From contig JBAXTN010000001.1 of the NCBI GenBank assembly GCA_037130175.1, forward strand, positions 34,246 to 98,245: DNA of 64,000 nucleotides. Reading direction: 5' to 3'. This DNA comes from a bacterium (GTDB lineage Bacteria; Verrucomicrobiota; Verrucomicrobiia; Chthoniobacterales; UBA6821). A program made the translations under genes and the position numbers. The notes under the pieces were generated by a model. It saw only the letters and a list, made by a program, of their open reading frames with translations, ran no database searches and had not been told where the DNA came from. Numbering within the stretch: the first letter of the stretch is position 1; the number at the start of each line of letters is the position of its first letter. Shown in pieces: positions 57,285 through 64,000 of this stretch.

Positions 57285-59816
57285 ATGAGTCCCTCTTCTT
57301 CAAACCGTCTTTCCTTAACTCTTCCGCTGATCATAGCGCTTCTCCTTCCTGCCGTCGCACTGGCCGATGCCACGAGTCAGCCCTCGCAGGTATCGATCAT
57401 CAAGTCCACCAATATTCCATCGCCCCCATCGGCAGACCGCATGGGGAGTTCAGGAGGGATGCTCGGCGACCATTTGCTTTTACTCGGAGGAAGCCATGAC
57501 GGCGGCGTCATCATCAACGAGGCCCTGATTCTTCCTCCAAATGGCACGGAGTGGAAACATCTCCCTCTTCAGGACGGACGGGCTTGGGCCGCATCAGCCG
57601 TTCATCAGAATACCCTCATCCTTGCGGGAGGTCTGCTTGCCAACGGACCGACAGCCAGAGTAACCCGCGTTTCACTTGACGGGGAGAAACTCGTATTCAC
57701 CGAGCTTCCTCCTCTTCCCAAGCCGCTTGCAGGGGCGGGAGCAGCCATTGCCGGAGAGAAGCTCTATGTGGTCGGAGGTATTACTTCGGCCAATGACCAG
57801 CAAGCCTCCAGAGAAATGCTCTCCCTTGATCTCGCTCATCCCGATCAGGGATGGAAACAGCTGGCTCCCCTGCCGGCAAGCGGCAAGGTGCTCCCCATGG
57901 TCACGGGGCATTATGACATGGTGGAGGTGATCGGCGGGAGGGAAACCGCCAATGGAACGAATTTTACTCCCTCCAAGGAGGTCTGGATCTACCGTTACAA
58001 ACCCTCGGAGGGAACCACCAGCACGGGATGGTCGCGGAGTGCCGATCTACCCACCGCACTTGCCGGGGCTACAGCGATTCCCTCGGGACAGGCCCATATC
58101 CTCGTTGTCGGAGGTGACAGCTCGAGTGTCAAGGGTACTCCATTCGCTTTCTCGGAATCTCCGAACTCCCCCACCCTGCTCTTTCACATCGTCACCGATG
58201 CATGGATTCCGGCAGGCCAACCCCTCTCCCTCCACGGTTCAGCCTATGGACGGGATACTGCGGGGAATCTTATCATCTTCGGTGGCCAAGGTCTTCATGA
58301 CCTGCTGCAAGTCTCGATCCCACGCACCGCACGCAATCTCAACTGGGTCGATTATTTGATGATCGCGATCTATTTTTTATTCATCGGTTACATCGGCTAT
58401 TATTTCCGCAAGCAGAAATCGGCGGAGGAATTTTCTCTTGGCAACCGCGAAACAGTCTGGTGGGCGGCCGGTATCAGCATGTTTGCCACAGCTGCCAGTG
58501 CCATCAGCTTCATGGCGGTTCCTGCTCTGGCCTTCGCCTCCAATCTTGTCTGGCTTTTCCCGCTTGTAGTCTTTGTCCCCGTCTATTTCTTCAATACCAG
58601 GATCACTTATCCCATTCTTCGCCGACTGGAGATCACCTCCACCTTCGAGTATCTCGAACGGCGCTTCAACACCGAGTTGCGCCTGATCGCCAGCTTCATC
58701 CAAATCCTGTTTCAGACATTTGGACGAGCCAGCATCGTGCTCGTGCTCCCCTCCATTGCAATTGCCGCCACCACAGGACTTGATGTGCGCTGGAGCGTCG
58801 TCATCATGGGGGTGCTCACCACGATCTACACGGGTATGGGAGGATTTGAGGGGGTTACATGGACTTTGGTCTTTCAGGGAGCCCTTAAGTTGCTGGCTCC
58901 AATTGCCATCATCTGGATCTGTATTGCGGGACTTCCCGGAGGCATGGGTGAATTTCTCCACACCAACCTGATTCACCACAAGTTCGATTTTGCGATCACG
59001 GGCTGGGATCTCGCGTTTCCCCTTGTCTGGGTCATGATGAGCCGGGTCTTTCTGGAGCAAACGATCTGGCAGGCGGGAGATCAGGCCGTGATCCAGCGTA
59101 TCTTCGCCTCCAAGGACTCGGAAATCCGCAAGGTGACGATCATGAATCTCTCCTGCGGCGCCATCATTGGAACACTGGTCACCGTCATGGGACTGGCCAT
59201 CTTCGCCTATTTTCATGCCCACCCCGAGAAGTTCGATGCAGGATCGACCATTGATCAAATCGTTCCTCTCTTCGTCATTCAGGGGATGCCGCACGGTGCT
59301 GTCGGCATCGTCATCGCCGCCATCTTTGCAAGTGCCATGGCCACGGTTGCAGGCAGCATGAACAGCGTTGCCACGATCTTCACGGTTGATTTCTACGAAC
59401 GTTGGTTCCCAAAAGCAGGCGACCAGAGCAACCTCAAGATGATGAGGATCAGTTCCTTCGTCACTGGTGCCGCCGCCACGCTACTCGCCCTCTGGCTCAC
59501 GACACTCAACCTTAAGTCGATCATGGTGACCTGGAATATTGTCTCCTCGTTACTCGGCGGAGGCATTGTGGGCATCTTTGCCTTGGGGATGTTCAGTATC
59601 CGCGCCAACAGCGGAGGGGCGATCTGCGGGGCAATCCTGAGCATCGCCCTCGGACTTTATGTGAAGTTTTTCACCGGCATCCACTGGGCCTTCCTACTGC
59701 CGATCCTCGTCTTCTCCGCAATGATCATCGGCTACTTCACTAGCTTTTTATTCAAGAGCAAGGAGATCGACCTCACGGGTCTCACAATCTATCACCAGAA
59801 GCAGGCAGGGAAGTAA
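57285..59816 (+). CDS. Fusion of an exported Kelch (NanM-like) beta-propeller and a sodium:solute symporter (SSS)
   Basis: Signal-like N-terminus; repeated LLGG/LAGG/VVGG/VIGG Kelch blades; then WAAGISMFAT..SAISF..P, FEYLERRF, YTGMGG..V.W, DQAVIQR, AIFASAM..SMNS. Confidence 0.88.
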   Translation: MSPSSSNRLSLTLPLIIALLLPAVALADATSQPSQVSIIKSTNIPSPPSADRMGSSGGMLGDHLLLLGGSHDGGVIINEALILPPNGTEWKHLPLQDGRAWAASAVHQNTLILAGGLLANGPTARVTRVSLDGEKLVFTELPPLPKPLAGAGAAIAGEKLYVVGGITSANDQQASREMLSLDLAHPDQGWKQLAPLPASGKVLPMVTGHYDMVEVIGGRETANGTNFTPSKEVWIYRYKPSEGTTSTGWSRSADLPTALAGATAIPSGQAHILVVGGDSSSVKGTPFAFSESPNSPTLLFHIVTDAWIPAGQPLSLHGSAYGRDTAGNLIIFGGQGLHDLLQVSIPRTARNLNWVDYLMIAIYFLFIGYIGYYFRKQKSAEEFSLGNRETVWWAAGISMFATAASAISFMAVPALAFASNLVWLFPLVVFVPVYFFNTRITYPILRRLEITSTFEYLERRFNTELRLIASFIQILFQTFGRASIVLVLPSIAIAATTGLDVRWSVVIMGVLTTIYTGMGGFEGVTWTLVFQGALKLLAPIAIIWICIAGLPGGMGEFLHTNLIHHKFDFAITGWDLAFPLVWVMMSRVFLEQTIWQAGDQAVIQRIFASKDSEIRKVTIMNLSCGAIIGTLVTVMGLAIFAYFHAHPEKFDAGSTIDQIVPLFVIQGMPHGAVGIVIAAIFASAMATVAGSMNSVATIFTVDFYERWFPKAGDQSNLKMMRISSFVTGAAATLLALWLTTLNLKSIMVTWNIVSSLLGGGIVGIFALGMFSIRANSGGAICGAILSIALGLYVKFFTGIHWAFLLPILVFSAMIIGYFTSFLFKSKEIDLTGLTIYHQKQAGK

Positions 59817-59848
59817 GAAAGAGTGTAGGTCGCGAGTAACCCTTTCCT

Positions 59849-61372
59849 CTACTCGGTTTCCTTCTTGACCTTATAGTCGAACCAGTCAAAGAAGGCTTCG
59901 GCCTGACTCTTAACGCCGTTGGCTGTGGCATAGAGTCCGAAATAGACGCCGGTGTAACCTCCTGCAACTTGAGTGGAGAGATAGCGAACTTCCCCAGTGG
60001 CGAGTTCTGTTAAATTGCCGGGTTTTCCAGCAAGGAAACGATAGATAATGGGATCGGCAATAATCTGAAGCTCTATGGGGCCTGATGGAAGGTCGGAGCA
60101 CGCTACCTCAGCAACAAGGGTGCCTATGCGGCGGCGGACGATGGCGCATAGGTTTCCCCTGCGTATCGTGACAGCAATCTCGTAGTGATGTTTATTATCA
60201 GCGAGGACAGTCAGGCCCGCCTCTTCCTGCTCATTTGTAGGAACGAAGTCGATCAGGGTTGTGACGGCACAATGAAAATGCTCCTGTCTGCGACCAAGAA
60301 ATGAGGGTGACGCCAGCTCGTCGAGTGTGGGCGATGCACAAGCCAGCATTAACCAACCCGGACGATTGGTGAGTGAGTAGTCGGCAGGATCAGGGTTGCG
60401 AAGATGATTCCACTCGAAGCCAAGCGTCTCAGAATTGAAGTCATCGTACTCCGCTCTTCCGGGCACCGGACAAGGGGTCATCGGCCGATCGATTTCCATG
60501 AGCGGAGTGACTTTGTTGCCGCCATTGACCACAGGCCAACCATCGGCAGTCCACTCCACGGGAGCGAGATAAGTCTCACGCCCAAGATGATGCCAGGAAT
60601 ATTCGCCGTAGCGGTAGCCAAGGAAAACGGCCCACCAATTACCGTGATGATCCTCGATCAGATCGGCATGGCCGGTCGCCTGAATCTCGTTCATCAGGCT
60701 TCGGTGCGTGAGGATGGGATTATGAGGGCAGGATTCGAAGGGGCCATAGGGATCAAGCGAACGGGCGATCGTCGAACTATGCCCCTCCGCCGTTCCTCCC
60801 TCGGCAATCAAGAGGTAGTACCACTCGCCTATATGATAGAGATGAGGTGATTCAGGATAGGCTCCCCCGTTGCCTGGCCAGAGAAATTTCGTTTCGGTCA
60901 ACTGTCGTCCCGTTTCAATGTCGATCTCGCACTGATAGATACCCCTTACAGGAGCCCAGAGACTCCCATTGCTTGTCAGATAGACTTTTCCATTCTCGAA
61001 GAGGAGCGAGGGATCGATTCCTTTCTGGGCAACCCAGATCGGCTCGGACCATTCACCGGCAGGGTCTTCCGTCCAGACATAAAAATTTCCGCCACCATTC
61101 ATGTTGGTCGTGATCATGTAGAACCGTCCCTCGTGATAGCGGATCGTCGGTGCGTAGATTCCGTCCGAAGCTTTCACTCCGGTAAGAGGAAGCTGACTTT
61201 CCCGGGTTAGACAATGTCCGATCTGGCGCCAGTGCATCAGATCGCGGCTATGATAAATCGGAACTCCGGGAAAATACTCAAAACTGCTGTTGACCAGATA
61301 ATAGTCCTCGCCGACACGGCAGATACTCGGATCGGGGTGGAAGCCGGGGATGATGGGATTGGTGTATTTCAT
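59849..61372 (-). CDS. GH43 beta-xylosidase/arabinosidase with C-terminal beta-sandwich
   Basis: NPIIPGFHPDPSI, SSFEYFPG, APTIRYH, GIDPSL, ESPHLY, AEGGT, GHAD, LGRET. Confidence 0.92.
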   Translation of the reverse strand: MKYTNPIIPGFHPDPSICRVGEDYYLVNSSFEYFPGVPIYHSRDLMHWRQIGHCLTRESQLPLTGVKASDGIYAPTIRYHEGRFYMITTNMNGGGNFYVWTEDPAGEWSEPIWVAQKGIDPSLLFENGKVYLTSNGSLWAPVRGIYQCEIDIETGRQLTETKFLWPGNGGAYPESPHLYHIGEWYYLLIAEGGTAEGHSSTIARSLDPYGPFESCPHNPILTHRSLMNEIQATGHADLIEDHHGNWWAVFLGYRYGEYSWHHLGRETYLAPVEWTADGWPVVNGGNKVTPLMEIDRPMTPCPVPGRAEYDDFNSETLGFEWNHLRNPDPADYSLTNRPGWLMLACASPTLDELASPSFLGRRQEHFHCAVTTLIDFVPTNEQEEAGLTVLADNKHHYEIAVTIRRGNLCAIVRRRIGTLVAEVACSDLPSGPIELQIIADPIIYRFLAGKPGNLTELATGEVRYLSTQVAGGYTGVYFGLYATANGVKSQAEAFFDWFDYKVKKETE

Positions 61373-61406
61373 AAAGGCATTCGCAAGAGGTGACTACTTA
61401 GTTCAA

Positions 61407-63542
61407 TCAGTGATGGGGTCGGTCGAGAATGTCGTAGCCAAGGCCACCATCCTGGGGATGATGAACCCCGACCCGGTCGAGCTCCTCCTCAGTAGGGAGT
61501 TTCTTGCGGTATGAGTCGATGTAAAGACCGATGCTTTCAACAGGAATGGCCTTGAATCCCGGCAGATCCTTCAGGAGTCGGTTGTCTGGAGCCAGCCGGA
61601 AGTCGAGTTTTTCGATGTCTTTGAATCCGGGGTTGGATTCGCAGGCAAGGTTACTTCCTGAAGCAAAGGAGTTTGTTTCCGTCGTTTTTCCGGATTCAAC
61701 GGCACGCCAGACAAAGGGCTGAGCGCACTGCACCGCCACATTGTCTGCGATCGTACCTAGATGGGGCAGCATACTGACAAATTCAAACCCGGTCTTGCAG
61801 GCGACCGCCACATTGTTACGGCACTCGAAGGTCTGCGCGACGCCATCCTTGTCCATGCTGCCATGCTTCAAGAGGAATCCCGTGCCCCGTTTGCCATCGC
61901 TTCTCAGAAAGGCAATATTCCCGATCATCTTCATGTCGGGGTGATCATGGTCGAAATAGATGCCGTCTCCGATCCGGGAATCATGCATGAAGTTGTATCG
62001 GAAAGTGATGTTGCCGAAGTGACGGGTACGGAGATCGTAGGAATAGAAGGCTCCAAGATCGTTGGAGACGAGGCACCAACGGTAGATCTCATTGTACTCA
62101 AAGACGCTGTCCATGCTCCCGAAGAGGACACCCCCGTGCGGGGTATCGTGAATGAGATTGTGAGCGACGAGCATCCCGACGGCGGGATGATGACCACCTC
62201 CACCTCCACCTGTAAAGCCGCAGTTCACGCCCGGAGCGTAGACAAGCGATAACTCGCTGAAATCGTGGATGTGATTGTTGATGACGCGGTGACCCGCAGG
62301 AACACGCGGTTGGGAAGCCTCATCCCCTCCACCAAGCCAGACCCCCCCGGCACCAAGATGATGAAGGTCGCAGCTCAGGAGAGTGTTGTTTTTCCCGCCA
62401 TCGAGAACCACGGCGTACTTGTCCATGTTCTTTACTGTGCACCCGGCCACCATGTTTGCTTCTCCACCGGTGATCCGGATGCCATCGCCCAGATTCGCTT
62501 CAAGCGTCAGACCGACGAGGTTCACATGGGAGGCCCCGTCGAGCGCGACAACAGGTGCCGCTTCGTCCGCCAGGAGGATCTCGGATTGCCCGAGTCGTGA
62601 AGGTGGGTAAAAGTAGATCTTCCGATCCTTGAAATCGACGCACCACTCACCCGGTTCGGTCAGTTCTTCCAGGAGATTCATCACCCAGTAGGATTCGCGG
62701 CCATTCCCGGCAGGACGAGTGTACTTGTTACCGATTCCTCCGGCAATCGGCTTGGCGAAGGTCGCCGTGTGTGCAGCCGTATCGATGGATGCAAGGCGTA
62801 TGCCCGAAACCTCCCAAGTGACGCGCCAGTAACCGCGAAGCCAGACACCGCGATCAAGTTGACCTTTCCAAGTTTCGAATTTTCCGGCATCGCCGTCACG
62901 GTACTGAAAAGTGCCTCCGGGACCGTTCGGATCAACCTTCTTTGTGGAAACCGCAGGATTCTTCCAATCTGTCGGTCCCCCGGCATTGTCGAGAACCTTC
63001 TCAAAGGTCATGTAGCCCTTCTTGGGGTAACGGGCGAGCGGAAGCCTGCGTCCGTCACAAAAAAGATCGGCCATGAATCCCCGATCGTGGAAGACATCAG
63101 GGTAAGACCCCGCGTTCTTGACTCCAGCCTTCGTCAGATCCAGTTCAACGATCTTACCCCTCAGTTCCTTCGGAATACGTGTCAGGGTCGCCGGATCACT
63201 GACCTGATGGAAATCAGCGGCCCCCAAGGATCGCCCCCCGAGAAGGCGCGGAGTTTCGCCATCGACGGCACGGTAGGTAACGGGGTGTGACGCCGTTCCG
63301 GAATCATCTGCCGCAAGCCGGAACGGGGAATCAAAATAATAATCCCCTCCTTCGATCCAAATCGTCACATCCTGATCCTTGGAAACTTTTCTGACCGCAT
63401 CCCGAGCACGACCAAGAGTTGCAAAGGGGTGTTGCTTCGAGCCGGACGCCGTGTCGGATCCCTTTGGCGAAACATAGAGGTCGTCGGCTCCGGCAGTCGA
63501 GAGAACCAGCAGAGGGAGAATAAATCCGACAAGGCGTCTCAT
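61407..63542 (-). CDS. Secreted right-handed parallel beta-helix protein (GH141/polysaccharidase-like)
   Basis: LYVSPKGSD..GSKQHPFATL..ARDAVR, LARYP, EELTEPGEW, NNHIHD, HNLIHD, EYNEI, DLGAFY, GIYFD. Confidence 0.75.
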   Translation of the reverse strand: MRRLVGFILPLLVLSTAGADDLYVSPKGSDTASGSKQHPFATLGRARDAVRKVSKDQDVTIWIEGGDYYFDSPFRLAADDSGTASHPVTYRAVDGETPRLLGGRSLGAADFHQVSDPATLTRIPKELRGKIVELDLTKAGVKNAGSYPDVFHDRGFMADLFCDGRRLPLARYPKKGYMTFEKVLDNAGGPTDWKNPAVSTKKVDPNGPGGTFQYRDGDAGKFETWKGQLDRGVWLRGYWRVTWEVSGIRLASIDTAAHTATFAKPIAGGIGNKYTRPAGNGRESYWVMNLLEELTEPGEWCVDFKDRKIYFYPPSRLGQSEILLADEAAPVVALDGASHVNLVGLTLEANLGDGIRITGGEANMVAGCTVKNMDKYAVVLDGGKNNTLLSCDLHHLGAGGVWLGGGDEASQPRVPAGHRVINNHIHDFSELSLVYAPGVNCGFTGGGGGGHHPAVGMLVAHNLIHDTPHGGVLFGSMDSVFEYNEIYRWCLVSNDLGAFYSYDLRTRHFGNITFRYNFMHDSRIGDGIYFDHDHPDMKMIGNIAFLRSDGKRGTGFLLKHGSMDKDGVAQTFECRNNVAVACKTGFEFVSMLPHLGTIADNVAVQCAQPFVWRAVESGKTTETNSFASGSNLACESNPGFKDIEKLDFRLAPDNRLLKDLPGFKAIPVESIGLYIDSYRKKLPTEEELDRVGVHHPQDGGLGYDILDRPHH

Positions 63543-63546
63543 GGCA

Positions 63547-64000
63547 TCAATAGCTCAGATCAATCACCGAGGCGATGGCATCGGGAGCCTTCGCAGGAAG
63601 TCCCGAAATCGTCACACCTTTCTCATCCTGGGTGACAGTGAGCTTGGTCGATGGATCGGCAAGCAGGGTTGCAGCAGTGATTTTCTGGGCAATTGGAGGA
63701 GTTGTGAAAGTTCCAATGGCTGGCCATTGGAAGATGATCAGGTAGATGTGACCCGGCTTTTGCGTGGCACGCCAGACATTCCCTGAGGAGGTGGGACGCT
63801 TTTTCCCGTAGCCATCCACTGCTTCAACAGCTTTGCCAAGCTCTTCGCCGAAGGGTGTCGCCGTGGTTCCGTAGATGGCAACTCCGTTCACTTTCATCCA
63901 TTCACCGACCTCCGCGAGTCTTTTAACACTCTCCACAGGAATCTCGCCGTGTGAATCGGGACCGACATTGAGGAGGTAGTTTCCGCCCTTGCTGGCAATA
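63547..64000 (-). CDS. GH29 alpha-L-fucosidase, C-terminal part (runs off window end)
   Basis: Frame extends to the window edge: [40 protein letters not shown]. Confidence 0.85.
   Translation of the reverse strand, partial: IASKGGNYLLNVGPDSHGEIPVESVKRLAEVGEWMKVNGVAIYGTTATPFGEELGKAVEAVDGYGKKRPTSSGNVWRATQKPGHIYLIIFQWPAIGTFTTPPIAQKITAATLLADPSTKLTVTQDEKGVTISGLPAKAPDAIASVIDLSY

Overview
A ~55% GC bacterial chromosomal segment. Gene content (a Planctomycetes/Verrucomicrobia-type microcompartment, a Verrucomicrobia-style attC sequence, C/A-rich leaders) suggests Verrucomicrobiota; this is inference. Most of the window is housekeeping or metabolic: guaB, leuB, trpF, sahR-like/metK/ahcY, mqo, def, gcvTHP, speA, larC, lpxA, radC, ribD, PPK2 and a P3A H+-ATPase. 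There are two carbohydrate regions. The first is GH51 plus an AraC-linked SDR/GH88-like/cupin/Gfo-Idh-MocA operon (15-22 kb). The second is an 11-gene PV-type BMC operon (49.7-57.1 kb) with a divergent Kelch-propeller/sodium:solute-symporter fusion, followed by GH43, a beta-helix protein and a partial GH29. Features absent from the ORF track: a 50-aa entericidin-like lipoprotein, a RelE-like toxin remnant, a degenerate attC site after a secreted polysaccharide-lyase-like gene (probable solitary integron cassette), and dispersed intergenic inverted arms built from 7-9-nt repeats, one pair of which appears to bracket a vapBC module. No rRNA, tRNA, CRISPR array, integrase or transposase was seen. 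All product calls come from motif recognition by eye, not database searches.
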